Positions 9,477 to 18,705 of a stretch of DNA of 32,309 bases are shown in pieces. The translations under genes were made by a program, and so were the position numbers. The notes beneath the pieces were generated by a model. The model did not search any database and was not told the DNA's origin. It saw only the letters and a program-made list of their open reading frames with translations. Numbering within the stretch: the stretch's first letter is position 1; every line of letters begins with the position of its first letter. This stretch comes from Cyanobacteriota bacterium. GTDB lineage: Bacteria; Cyanobacteriota; Cyanobacteriia; Phormidesmidales; Phormidesmidaceae. The stretch lies in the NCBI GenBank assembly GCA_027592485.1, contig JAQCKL010000001.1:1-32309 (forward strand), read 5' to 3'.

Positions 9477-10361
9477 ATGAGTCCGTCAACCCCACTAGTC
9501 ACACAATTGCGTGATAAAGGTACATCACTCCCTTGCCAAACCCAGCGGGTGGCATTGGTGGTGCAGTACGTGGGGACTCGTTTTCATGGATGGCAACGTC
9601 AATCTCAAGCCAGAACAGTTCAGGGAGATATCGAGCTAGCCCTGAAATCATTCTTGGGGTATTACGTCACGTTGATTGGGGCCGGGCGCACGGATGCGGG
9701 CGTTCATGGTGCGGGTCAAGTCGCCCACTTTGATGCCCCCACATTGATTCCGGCTCATCGGTGGGCAACAATTTTGAACGCCCGCTTGCCCGAAGACATC
9801 TTAATTCGGGCGGCGGCAATTGTTCCAGAGGATTGGCACGCCCAATTTTCGGCCCGATGGCGACGATATCGGTATACCTTGTACACCGACGCGGTTCCCA
9901 ACTTGTTTGTCAGTCCGTTTACCTGGCACTACTATTACCAGCCTTTAAGTGAGACCTTGATTCAGGCCGCCCTTGATCCTCTGGTGGGTTACCACGACTT
10001 ATCTGCTTTCCATCGAGCTGGTTCGGGACGCGCCCATTCATGGGTTGAGTTGCAAGACGCTGTTTGTCATCGCCAAGCTGATTTCTTGATGGTGGAGTTA
10101 CAGGCAACTGGCTTTCTTTATGGCATGGTGCGCTTGATTATGGGGCTGTTGGTGCAGGTGGGACGGGGGCTCTTGAGCGTCGATGACTTTACTCACCTAT
10201 GGCAAACTCAACAGCGGGAACAGGTAAAGTATTCGGCCCCTGCAAAGGGTTTGTGTTTACTTCGGGTTGGGTATGACACCTTTCCCTTTGCGCCGAACCT
10301 CTGGTTTGACACCCAGCCTCAGTTCCAGTTCAGTCCACCCCCCCTAACGGTGGCGGTATGA
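9477..10361 (+). CDS. truA: tRNA pseudouridine(38-40) synthase TruA
   Basis: FHGWQRQ, AGRTDAGVH, FLYGMVR, AP.KGLCL. Confidence 0.96.
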   Translation: MSPSTPLVTQLRDKGTSLPCQTQRVALVVQYVGTRFHGWQRQSQARTVQGDIELALKSFLGYYVTLIGAGRTDAGVHGAGQVAHFDAPTLIPAHRWATILNARLPEDILIRAAAIVPEDWHAQFSARWRRYRYTLYTDAVPNLFVSPFTWHYYYQPLSETLIQAALDPLVGYHDLSAFHRAGSGRAHSWVELQDAVCHRQADFLMVELQATGFLYGMVRLIMGLLVQVGRGLLSVDDFTHLWQTQQREQVKYSAPAKGLCLLRVGYDTFPFAPNLWFDTQPQFQFSPPPLTVAV

Positions 10362-10428
10362 ACTGAATCTCATCCCCCCTAAGCTTTCTATCTTTTGTTA
10401 TTGATTTTTAGACCTGTAGGAAACACCC

Positions 10429-10878
10429 ATGACTAAAACCTATGTCCCCCCAGTCGATACCCTTGAGAGAAAGTGGTATATCGTTGATGCCGCTGATCAA
10501 AGGCTGGGTCGTCTTTCCACCGAAATCGCCAAGGTTTTGCGAGGCAAAAACAAACCCACCTATACCCCCAATATGGATACAGGGGATTTTGTCGTGGTCA
10601 TCAATGCCGACAAGGTGACCGTGACGGGCAATAAACGGGAAGAGAAACTCTATCGCCGTCACTCTGGTCGTCCCGGCGGGATGAAAACCGAGACCTTTGC
10701 AAAGCTCCAAAACCGGCTTCCTGAGCGGATTATTGAGCAGGCAGTCAAGGGGATGTTGCCTAAAAATGCCCTGGGTCGCAAGTTGTTCACCAAACTCAAG
10801 GTATATGCCGGGTCTGACCATCCCCACCAAGCCCAATCGCCCGAAGTTCTTGTTATTCAAACCGTGTTAGGAGAGTAA
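10429..10878 (+). CDS. rplM: 50S ribosomal protein L13
   Basis: WYIVDA, LRGKNKP.YTP, GMLPKN. Confidence 0.98.
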   Translation: MTKTYVPPVDTLERKWYIVDAADQRLGRLSTEIAKVLRGKNKPTYTPNMDTGDFVVVINADKVTVTGNKREEKLYRRHSGRPGGMKTETFAKLQNRLPERIIEQAVKGMLPKNALGRKLFTKLKVYAGSDHPHQAQSPEVLVIQTVLGE

Positions 10879-10883
10879 TGATC

Positions 10884-11297
10884 ATGCAAGCTACTGACGC
10901 TAACGATCGCGTAGTCTACTGGGGAACAGGCCGACGCAAAAATGCGATCGCTCGGGTACGTCTCGTGCCTGGCGATGGCCAAATTGTGATCAATGGCCGT
11001 CCTGGAGATAACTACCTCCAATACAATGCCAGTTATCTATCCAGTGCCAAGGCCCCCCTGGAAACCCTCGGTCTGGAGAGTGATTACGACATTTTGGCAA
11101 ACGTCCATGGTGGTGGCCTGACCGGCCATGCCGATGCCATTAAGATGGGCGTCGCTCGGGCACTGTGTCAGTTGGATCCCGACAATCGTAGACCTCTAAA
11201 AACCGAAGGCTATTTGACCCGCGATCCCCGTTGTAAAGAGCGGCGGAAATACGGTCTTAAAAAGGCCCGGAAAGCGCCTCAATTTTCCAAGCGTTAA
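10884..11297 (+). CDS. rpsI: 30S ribosomal protein S9
   Basis: [25 protein letters not shown]. Confidence 0.98.
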   Translation: MQATDANDRVVYWGTGRRKNAIARVRLVPGDGQIVINGRPGDNYLQYNASYLSSAKAPLETLGLESDYDILANVHGGGLTGHADAIKMGVARALCQLDPDNRRPLKTEGYLTRDPRCKERRKYGLKKARKAPQFSKR

Positions 11298-11375
11298 TTC
11301 GACTTCTGGACAGTGCGGCTGGGGGCAATTCTGGCCAATTAATGACATAGCAACCCTGATTTGTAACCATTCACC

Positions 11376-11621
11376 ATGCCTAAATCTGAAATTCACCCCG
11401 AGTGGTATCCCGAGGCCAAAGTCTATTGCGATGGCAAAATCATCATGACGGTTGGGTCTACCAAACCCGAGCTCCGTGTGGATGTTTGGTCTGGCAATCA
11501 CCCTTTCTACACCGGCACTCAGAAAATCATTGATACCGAGGGCCGCGTCGAACGGTTTATGCGGAAGTACGGCATGGCTCCCCCTGCCGAGCCCACTGGA
11601 ACTGAGTCCGCAGAGCAGTAG
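11376..11621 (+). CDS. rpmE: 50S ribosomal protein L31
   Basis: IHPEWY, HPFYTGTQK, GRVERF. Confidence 0.97.
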   Translation: MPKSEIHPEWYPEAKVYCDGKIIMTVGSTKPELRVDVWSGNHPFYTGTQKIIDTEGRVERFMRKYGMAPPAEPTGTESAEQ

Positions 11622-11688
11622 CCGAGCCCCTGCCACCCGTCCTCGGGTACGCATGCATATCAAGGTTACTTAGCCCATAGGTCAGTAC

Positions 11689-12792
11689 ATGGCTGAAGCA
11701 TATCTGTTAGACAAGCTGAACTCCGTTGACCAAACGTTTCACGAATTAACGCGACGTTTGGCTGATCCTGACGTGGCTAAGGATCCTGATGAGTTTCAGC
11801 GAATTGCTAAGGCCCGTTCCTCCTTAGAGGAAACGGTAAACACCTATGAAACTTGGAAGCAGATCCAGGAAGAGTTGGTCGGGGCTCGCGAAGTCTATAA
11901 AGAGTCAATCGACGATCCCGACTTTCGGGAAATGGCAGCATTAGAAGTATCGGCCCTAGATGAACAGGTTGCCGCCTTAGAGGATCGACTCAAAGTACTG
12001 CTGCTACCCCGCGACCCCAATGATGATAAAAACATCATGCTAGAGGTCCGGGCCGGGACCGGGGGCGATGAAGCCGGAATTTGGGCCGGTGATCTGGTGC
12101 GGATGTATTCGCGGTATGCGGAGGGACAGCGCTGGCGGGTCAAGCTCCTGAGCCAATCTCTGGCTGATATGGGGGGGGTCAAGGAGGCTATTCTTGAGAT
12201 CCAAGGGGATCAGGTTTATAGCAAGTTGAAATATGAGTCCGGTGTCCATCGGGTGCAACGGGTACCGGTCACTGAGGCGGGGGGCAGGGTCCATACCTCT
12301 ACGGCGACGGTGGCCATTATGCCGGAGGTGGATGATGTTGAGGTCACCATCGACCCTAAAGATATTGAAATGTCTACGGCCCGTTCAGGGGGTGCTGGGG
12401 GACAAAACGTCAACAAGGTAGAAACCGCCGTTGACTTGATCCACAAACCCACCGGGATCCGAATTTTTTGTACGGAAGAGCGATCTCAACTGCAAAATCG
12501 GGAGCGGGCCATGCAAATCCTGCGGGCCAAGCTGTACGAGATGATGTTACGGGAGCAGCAGGAAGAAATCACCTCCATGCGTCGTTCCCAAGTGGGGACC
12601 GGCTCGCGCTCGGAGAAGATTCGCACCTATAACTACAAAGACAACCGCGTCACCGATCATCGCCTGGGCCAGAACTTTACCCTCACCCCTGTTCTGACCG
12701 GTGAAATTGAGGACATGATTCAATCCTGTATCTCCCAGGATCAACAGGAACGGCTCGAAGAATTGGCTACTTCCACAGCAACTGCACCTTAG
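11689..12792 (+). CDS. prfA: Peptide chain release factor 1
   Basis: GGQ motif, PVT anticodon motif (RVPVTE), RSEKIRTYN. Confidence 0.98.
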   Translation: MAEAYLLDKLNSVDQTFHELTRRLADPDVAKDPDEFQRIAKARSSLEETVNTYETWKQIQEELVGAREVYKESIDDPDFREMAALEVSALDEQVAALEDRLKVLLLPRDPNDDKNIMLEVRAGTGGDEAGIWAGDLVRMYSRYAEGQRWRVKLLSQSLADMGGVKEAILEIQGDQVYSKLKYESGVHRVQRVPVTEAGGRVHTSTATVAIMPEVDDVEVTIDPKDIEMSTARSGGAGGQNVNKVETAVDLIHKPTGIRIFCTEERSQLQNRERAMQILRAKLYEMMLREQQEEITSMRRSQVGTGSRSEKIRTYNYKDNRVTDHRLGQNFTLTPVLTGEIEDMIQSCISQDQQERLEELATSTATAP

Positions 12793-12942
12793 GGCGTTGT
12801 TCGGCGGTCACCTATTAAAATACGCCGAGATTGCGCCTGATCACCTTAGCGAAACGCGTCGGACAGTTACCCAGCCAGCACGCCTCATCTTTGACTTGCT
12901 ACACTGCTTTAGCCCTTCGCTGTTTCAGCCGGTAACTTAGCC

Positions 12943-14253
12943 ATGGCTCGGTTCCTCCATATCGCCGACATTCACCTCGGGTTCGATCGCTACAACAACA
13001 AAGAGCGCACCAAGGACTTCTACTTTGCCCTCTCTGATGTGCTGGACCGTTACGCCATTCAGGTCAAGGTCGATTTCGTGATCATCTGCGGAGATCTGTT
13101 TGAGCAGCGGATGATTCAGCCCGCTGTACTCAACCAGGCCCAACTCTGTCTGCAAAAAGTGAAAGATGCGGGCATTCCGGTGCTAGCGATCGAGGGCAAC
13201 CACGATAACTGTCCCTATGGCACTGCGACCAGTTGGCTCAAATACCTCTCCCAGTGGGGGTTGCTGACGCTGTTGGAACCGGATCAAAATCGAGACAATG
13301 GCACTGTTCACTATAGCCATTGGGATGACGCATCCCGTTCTGGGGGATACATTGACTTGCCCTGTGGGGTCAGGGTACTCGGCTCCCATTGGTACGGGGC
13401 GGCGGCCCCCCAGGCGATTGAACAAATTGCGGCAGCGATCGCGGCCTTACCCCCTGGCCCTGAAAACACCCTACTGATGTTTCACCATGGGTTGGAGGGG
13501 CAAATTGCCCGCTATAGCGGCGCGCTGCGGTACCGGGAACTGTTGCCCCTGAAGGCGGTGGGGGTCGATTATTTGGCCCTAGGACATATCCACAAGGCCT
13601 ATAGCGAAGAAGAATGGGTCTTTAATCCGGGGTCTCTGGAGGCCAACAATATTGAGGAAGGCAGCTTTGAAAGGGGAGCCTATCTCGTAGAGTTCACCTC
13701 TGCCGGAGTCCAGGCGGAGTTAAAGCAGGATTATTACCAGCGGACGATTGTGCGCCTTGTTCTCAAGACCCAGGGGGATGAAAGCCAGGAGGAACTGGTG
13801 GAAGCGGCGATCGCCCAAGTCAATCAGGCGATCGCCTCTGGCAGACTCGTCCTCGCTGATGCCCCCATGGTGGAATTGCGTATCCAAGGGACGGTAGGCT
13901 TTGACCGGCTCTCCTTGGATACCAAACAGCTGCAGCAACAACTTCAAACCCTGAGCCAGGCGTTGATATTTTTGCTGAAGTATGAGGTGGAAGAGACAGC
14001 CTACCAATCTCCCATCACTGATGACGCCAGCCGTGATCAGATTGAGCGAAATGCTTTCCTAGATCTGCTGACGGGCCATCGGGACTACAAAAAACGGGCA
14101 GAATCCCTGGCCCAAGGGCTGGTTGACCTAAAAGAGCGTCAACTGGCAGGCCAGAGCGAGGAAGCACTCTATCCCTTTATCGCAGCCCTGTTGGACACGC
14201 CTGCGGAGCCGGTCGTAGAACCGGCAGGAGAACTCGCCTTAGAAGAAACCTAA
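12943..14253 (+). CDS. sbcD: SbcD/Mre11-family DNA repair exonuclease
   Basis: Metallophosphoesterase motifs DIHLG, GDLF, GNHD, ALGHIH, NPGS. Confidence 0.88.
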   Translation: MARFLHIADIHLGFDRYNNKERTKDFYFALSDVLDRYAIQVKVDFVIICGDLFEQRMIQPAVLNQAQLCLQKVKDAGIPVLAIEGNHDNCPYGTATSWLKYLSQWGLLTLLEPDQNRDNGTVHYSHWDDASRSGGYIDLPCGVRVLGSHWYGAAAPQAIEQIAAAIAALPPGPENTLLMFHHGLEGQIARYSGALRYRELLPLKAVGVDYLALGHIHKAYSEEEWVFNPGSLEANNIEEGSFERGAYLVEFTSAGVQAELKQDYYQRTIVRLVLKTQGDESQEELVEAAIAQVNQAIASGRLVLADAPMVELRIQGTVGFDRLSLDTKQLQQQLQTLSQALIFLLKYEVEETAYQSPITDDASRDQIERNAFLDLLTGHRDYKKRAESLAQGLVDLKERQLAGQSEEALYPFIAALLDTPAEPVVEPAGELALEET

Positions 14254-14259
14254 AACCGC

Positions 14260-15009
14260 CTAACCAGCCCATAGCCAGAACCGTTGTTCCCACAACATCA
14301 AACAGCCACTCACCGCTACCAGGGCAAACACCATTTGACGAAACTGCTCACTGGTCATACGCTGGAGCACCTGCTTACCCAGCCAGTTGGCCGGAATGGC
14401 TGCCATCCCCATCAGCAATCCGTAGCCCAGATAGGTATGGTCCAAGGCCCCTAAGCCCAGGTAGCTGATCAATTTAACAATGTGGAGCGCAGTTTTATTG
14501 AGCGCTTTGGTCGCCACCATCGCCTCTTTTTCCAGGCCATAGCTGAGGTATATGGGGTTCATGATCGGACCGGTACTGCCAATCAGGCCCGAACCAATGG
14601 CATTCAAAAAGGCCACCGGCAAAAAGTGCCAGGGGCGAATGGTCAGCCCTTGCCAGGGTTGCCACCAGCGACTAACCCAGTAGTTGAGCACCATGGCCAG
14701 CAGTGCTAAGCCTAGCAATATCCCCAGCCATTCCGCATGGATCTGGGTGAAGGCATAGACCCCAATTAAGGCCCCGGCAACGGCCCCCGGCACATACCAA
14801 GCGGTGACCTGCCAGTCGATCTCGGACCAAAAGAAGCAACTGCGCTGGAGATTGCCCACCAGTAGCCCCACCGTAATCACGGGGGCAACCGCTTGGGATC
14901 CCAACAGCAAGGTGATTACCGGGATCAAAATAATCGGGCTGCCGCCCCCGGCTATCATGCTCAGAAACCAGGCAATAAAGCTAACACCGGTCAGAACCAG
15001 GGCGGTCAT
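14260..15009 (-). CDS. TauE/SafE-family sulfite exporter
   Basis: Two repeated hydrophobic halves, GGG.PI..P and G.TGPI..P motifs, 249 aa. Confidence 0.85.
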   Translation of the reverse strand: MTALVLTGVSFIAWFLSMIAGGGSPIILIPVITLLLGSQAVAPVITVGLLVGNLQRSCFFWSEIDWQVTAWYVPGAVAGALIGVYAFTQIHAEWLGILLGLALLAMVLNYWVSRWWQPWQGLTIRPWHFLPVAFLNAIGSGLIGSTGPIMNPIYLSYGLEKEAMVATKALNKTALHIVKLISYLGLGALDHTYLGYGLLMGMAAIPANWLGKQVLQRMTSEQFRQMVFALVAVSGCLMLWEQRFWLWAG

Positions 15010-15109
15010 AGGGCAAACAAATGGATTTCCGTGTAGGGGATCGAGCCGTGCGCTTGGGGATTACAGCTAGGCAATGCCTATCAATTGATTGCGTAATATT
15101 AATTTAATT

Positions 15110-15214
15110 TACAGCAGTCGCCAGTCCGGTTATGACAAGACTGCAAGTCACTTTGCTGCTGCGCTCGGGATCAGAGCGATCCTAGGTATCCTAAGCACAG
15201 TGGTCAGCGCGATA
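15110..15214 (+). mobile_element. MITE-like element, copy A (105 bp)
   Basis: 86/105 ungapped identity (hand count) to 30605-30709; TA ends and imperfect ~28-bp terminal inverted repeats; contains the stop codon of the methyltransferase gene. Confidence 0.8.
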
Positions 15215-16664
15215 AAGGGTCAGATTGTGCCGCCCAAACCAAGCGACTGGCTGAGCCTCCGACGGTGCCTTTGGGAATTTGGGACTGGAGCTGTCCACCG
15301 GTATAGCGACCACAACCCAGATGAAAGGGACCATGGCGAACATGGACATAGCCCGATTCTAGGCCATCGGTGGCGATGGATTGGGGTTGACCTTCGAGAA
15401 AAGTTGCCACGGTGGCGGGATCCTCTAAATTGATGTGATTACGGCGGATCCAGGGACCCAATCGCTGCAAAAAAGCGGTGGTGGGCTTGAGGCCCTGGCG
15501 CTCATAACGGGCGATCGCCAGCCCAATGGTTTGCGGTATGAGTGGGCCAAGCAGGGGGATACATTGGCGCTCCGCTAGCCAGAGTCGGCTGCGACCCGTG
15601 GCCCAAAGCAGTCGATTGACCAAACAAGCTGTCGGCAGACCAAACCGCGATTGGAGTAAGGTCAGCGATGCTTCTGGCGCAATGGAGACCGCCGGTAAGA
15701 GGGGCGATTGGAGTGGTGCAACCTTTGTCGGATAAGGGTTCGGGCTCCGGCGGATGCGGGCGATGAAAAAGCCCCCGGTATCGTTGAAATGGGGAAAGTA
15801 GCGGCAAGCATGGCGCAAGTCGGTTCGATAGTCTTGCCCTTGCCAGCGGGTCAATCCCGGCTGATGGATCAAGGGTGCGATCGCGGCGGGTTCCAAATGA
15901 CCCAAATCCCCGAGCACCCCATCGATAATCGCCTCATTCTCTTCGGGGGCAAAGGTGCAGGTGCTGTACACCACCACACCACCCGGTTTCACCAGCTTCA
16001 GGGCCTGGGCCAGCAGGTCGCGCTGCACCTTGGCAATGCGCTGACTGTAGTGGGGTCGCCAGGGCTGCGGCTGGGCTTGCTTCCGCAGGGTACCTTCCCC
16101 GGAGCAGGGGGCATCGACGAGCACCCGATCAAATTGGCCAGGGACGAGGCCAAGGTTACGGCCATTCCCATGGGTAGTGATCACGTTCAGGCACCCCAGC
16201 CGATTCAGGGTATCGCCTAGCCCCACGAGCCGTCCGGCACTGTAGTCATTGGCTACCACCCAGCCTGAGTCCCCCACGGCCATGGCCATTTGGGCGGTTT
16301 TGCCACCGGGGGCGGCGCAGAGATCGAGGATGCATTCGCCAGGTTGGGGAGCGAGGGCAACGACGGCGGCGAGGGCGATCGCTTCCTGGACGGTGTACCA
16401 ACCGGCCATGTAGGCCAGGGTGTTGCCGGGGTGAAAGTTGGGCTGAAGCTGGAAGGCATTGGGCCACCAGGGGATGGGTTGGGGGTTGAGGCCCAGACCC
16501 TGGAGTTGGTTGAGGAGTTGGGGGCCAGTGGTTTTGAGGGGATTGGCCCAAAGGCAGATGGGGAGGGGGGTGGCGGCGCTGGTGAGAAAGGCGGTGGGAT
16601 CGTCGATCAGGGGGAGGTAGCGATCGAGGAGGGTCCGGTGAGCGACGCTGGCATCAGAATTCAC
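15204..16664 (-). CDS. RsmB/NOL1/NOP2 (RsmF-like) RNA cytosine-C5 methyltransferase
   Basis: LDLCAAPGGKT, DAPCSGEG, VYSTCT..PEENE, GFFIA. Confidence 0.9.
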   Translation of the reverse strand: MNSDASVAHRTLLDRYLPLIDDPTAFLTSAATPLPICLWANPLKTTGPQLLNQLQGLGLNPQPIPWWPNAFQLQPNFHPGNTLAYMAGWYTVQEAIALAAVVALAPQPGECILDLCAAPGGKTAQMAMAVGDSGWVVANDYSAGRLVGLGDTLNRLGCLNVITTHGNGRNLGLVPGQFDRVLVDAPCSGEGTLRKQAQPQPWRPHYSQRIAKVQRDLLAQALKLVKPGGVVVYSTCTFAPEENEAIIDGVLGDLGHLEPAAIAPLIHQPGLTRWQGQDYRTDLRHACRYFPHFNDTGGFFIARIRRSPNPYPTKVAPLQSPLLPAVSIAPEASLTLLQSRFGLPTACLVNRLLWATGRSRLWLAERQCIPLLGPLIPQTIGLAIARYERQGLKPTTAFLQRLGPWIRRNHINLEDPATVATFLEGQPQSIATDGLESGYVHVRHGPFHLGCGRYTGGQLQSQIPKGTVGGSASRLVWAAQSDPLSR

Positions 16665-16752
16665 AATGGTTTTAGCACGGTAGCGGTGAGTGGTGTGGGG
16701 TCCTTACACTAGGACATACGTTGACAAGTTTGCGGGTAAGCGAGCTGGAGCC

Positions 16753-16959
16753 ATGCCCGAAACCATTCAAATTCCCATTTCTCTCGCCCAATTTCAACTC
16801 CCTCAGGCGGTACCAGATCGTTTGCAGTTTTTGCTTGATCGCCAAGATAACGGTGATGCCCTATCTCAAACTGAGCAAGCTGAAGCAGAGGGGCTAGTAG
16901 CTTTAGCCGAATTTCTGTCTTTGCTAAGGCTGCGTTCAACCGCGATGCCACAGGGTTAG
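16753..16959 (+). CDS. Small acidic helical protein (68 aa), antitoxin-like partner upstream of an HNH gene
   Basis: GGAG RBS then MPETIQ...RLQFLLDRQD...EQAEAEGLV..AEFLSLLRLR; stop abuts the next ATG. Confidence 0.65.
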   Translation: MPETIQIPISLAQFQLPQAVPDRLQFLLDRQDNGDALSQTEQAEAEGLVALAEFLSLLRLRSTAMPQG

Positions 16960-17040
16960 ATGGCGACGATTTCTACGGAGCTACGTCGATGGGTCATGGA
17001 ACGGGCAGATGACCGCTGTGAGTATTTTGGAGGGCACTAA
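16960..17040 (+). pseudogene. Truncated HNH endonuclease (N-terminus only)
   Basis: MATISTELRRWVMERADDRCEY matches the HNH N-terminal pattern LRxxVxERAxxRCEYC, but breaks before the second Cys and stops after 26 aa. Confidence 0.7.
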
Positions 17041-17151
17041 CCCAGCCAGGGGCTGGAGCGCAAAACAGAGTTGCTCAAACTGCACCTCTGGCAAGGCACA
17101 CAGGATTTGAATCAATTCCAGTCGCTGCTCAAGCGGCAAGGATTCAGACAT
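17026..17151 (-). pseudogene. N-terminal fragment of a truncated gene
   Basis: MSESLPLEQRLELIQILCALPEVQFEQLCFALQPLAGLVPS resembles, from recall, an N-terminal helical module of cyanobacterial multidomain proteins; runs directly into antisense HNH sequence. Confidence 0.45.
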
Positions 17152-17320
17152 TCGTTGCAGGCAAGCAATATGCCCTATTAAAACCTGCCTGACGGGCTTT
17201 GGGAGCGGTGCGGGAGCGGCACGCTGCCCCAAAATTCGAGCATTCCAGCACATTAAGTCCGCCTTTGTGAGGCAAGGTGATACTATTGATAGGTTGTCAA
17301 CAAATCAGCAGCGGTGAGCC

Positions 17321-17494
17321 ATGGCGGTTCCTAAGAAGAAGAAATCTAAATCAAAGCGCAACATGCGCAAGTCCTACTGGAAGAAAATCGCAGCTCTGCA
17401 GGCTCAAAAGGCATTGTCCTTGGGTAAGTCTGTACTAACCGGTCGCTCTAAAGGATTTGTCTATCCCTCCGATGAAGAGGATGACGAAGAGTAA
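17321..17494 (+). CDS. rpmF: 50S ribosomal protein L32 (Cys-free); missing from the ORF track
   Basis: Manual translation [57 protein letters not shown]. Confidence 0.97.
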   Translation: MAVPKKKKSKSKRNMRKSYWKKIAALQAQKALSLGKSVLTGRSKGFVYPSDEEDDEE

Positions 17495-17520
17495 TAGGCT
17501 CCTTCTTGGAGCTGACGGGC

Positions 17521-17559
17521 AAAACAAAAGCAGGGTGAAATTCACCCTGCTTTTGTTTT
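17521..17559. terminator. Bidirectional intrinsic terminator after rpmF
   Basis: Perfect inverted repeat AAAACAAAAGCAGGGTGAA-A-TTCACCCTGCTTTTGTTTT. Confidence 0.85.
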
Positions 17560-17669
17560 AGGAAGGCTTCCCCACCCTGCTATGGCATGGGAACCATGAT
17601 CGGGGATGCCAGTCAAGGGGATTATTGCGGTATGGCATCAGCGATCGCCATTAGGCGCGTTCAACTTCC

Positions 17670-17711
17670 GTAGGATTATGTACAAAGTTGCCCTGCGGAA
17701 AACGGCACCAT
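17670..17711 (+). promoter_or_regulatory. Candidate NtcA-activated promoter
   Basis: GTA-ggattatg-TAC (17670-17683), N22, then CACCAT as an imperfect -10 box. Confidence 0.4.
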
Positions 17712-17754
17712 AGGACAGTAGATCTTTGCAACCCCGTCATTTCCTGTTAGCACC

Positions 17755-17898
17755 ATGGCAAAACAACAACCCTGCCCTGAATGTGGTCATGTTCATCTAA
17801 ACCGGATCGGTGTCCGTGGAATCAGACAATGTGCGGCTTGCAAAACCTATGTCGATGTCCGCAAAGGGACATGGTTGCAAAAGCTGCTCTCAGCATAG
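17755..17898 (+). CDS. 47-aa CPxCG zinc-ribbon small protein; missing from the ORF track
   Basis: MAKQQPCPECGHVHLNRIGVRGIRQCAACKTYVDVRKGTWLQKLLSA*; two CxxC pairs. Confidence 0.7.
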   Translation: MAKQQPCPECGHVHLNRIGVRGIRQCAACKTYVDVRKGTWLQKLLSA

Positions 17899-17997
17899 GG
17901 CGGCATTTTTGACCCGCTGCTGTTTTGGCTGCGAATTATCGGTACAGCGCTATGATCATTCCATCAAATGGCGCTACCGGAGTAAGCGGTTAGCAGT

Positions 17998-18591
17998 ATG
18001 AAATTTTTTCAAAAACCAGGGCTAGATCAAGCGGATCGCGTGCCCCCCGGTCAACATTTGGCTAAGGGATTTCCCGTTTTAACCTATGGGTCCACCCCTC
18101 AGATCACCGCCGAGGCCTGGACCCTGGAACTGTTCGGGTTGGGCGTGGCTCAGACCTTGAGTTGGGCTGACCTGATGGCACTGCCCCAACAGAATTTCAC
18201 CGCAGATTTCCATTGCGTGACCACCTGGTCGAAGCTGGATGTCACCTGGACTGGGGTCTCCATTCCAGACCTGCTGGCTCAAATTCCTGTGGATCCTGCC
18301 GCAATCCATGTTATGGCCCACTGCTATGGCGACTACACCACTAATCTGGCGCTCAGCGATCTGCTGCGTCCCGAGAACTTTTTGGCCCATACGCTTTTGG
18401 GTGAGCCTTTACCCGCTGATCACGGGGGTCCGGTGCGCTTGGTGGTCCCCCACCTTTATGCCTGGAAAAGTGCAAAATGGCTGAAGGGGCTGGAATTTCT
18501 TTCCGAAGAAGCCCTGGGATTTTGGGAACGCAATGGCTATCATCGTCGGGGTGAGCCTTGGGCAGAGGAACGATATAGCGATCGCGGCTAA
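17998..18591 (+). CDS. Sulfite-oxidase-like molybdopterin oxidoreductase (MsrP/YuiH-like)
   Basis: RVPPGQ, DFHCVTTWS, HGGPVRLVVP.LYAWKSAKW, GFWE.NGYH. Confidence 0.9.
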   Translation: MKFFQKPGLDQADRVPPGQHLAKGFPVLTYGSTPQITAEAWTLELFGLGVAQTLSWADLMALPQQNFTADFHCVTTWSKLDVTWTGVSIPDLLAQIPVDPAAIHVMAHCYGDYTTNLALSDLLRPENFLAHTLLGEPLPADHGGPVRLVVPHLYAWKSAKWLKGLEFLSEEALGFWERNGYHRRGEPWAEERYSDRG

Positions 18592-18705
18592 TCAGCTCAG
18601 GGTATCCGTGGCTTTCTTTCCCCTGATCACCCTGAACCAGGAAGGGGAATTCTGAGGCTCAGGGTAGTTAGGGATAGTTAGGGAAATTACGGGTCCTTAA
18701 TCGCG

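Noticed and set aside
12830-12865. CTGATCA...GAAAC..GTC hammerhead-like words after prfA
   Set aside because: Core is CUGAUCA rather than CUGANGA, and the stems do not form.
12943-14253. Orphan sbcD as a defence nuclease
   Set aside because: Unlinked sbcC and sbcD are common in cyanobacteria, and no partner ATPase or defence gene is adjacent.
15080-15110. LysR-type operator upstream of tauE (ATCAATTGAT palindrome, AT-rich)
   Set aside because: No adjacent regulator gene and the motif is too unspecific to support.
15089-15433. 114-aa ORF containing YSSRQSG
   Set aside because: It is a translation of MITE copy A plus antisense methyltransferase sequence.
17810-18001. 63-aa ORF in the track
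   Set aside because: It overlaps the better-supported zinc-ribbon ORF 17755-17898 in another frame.
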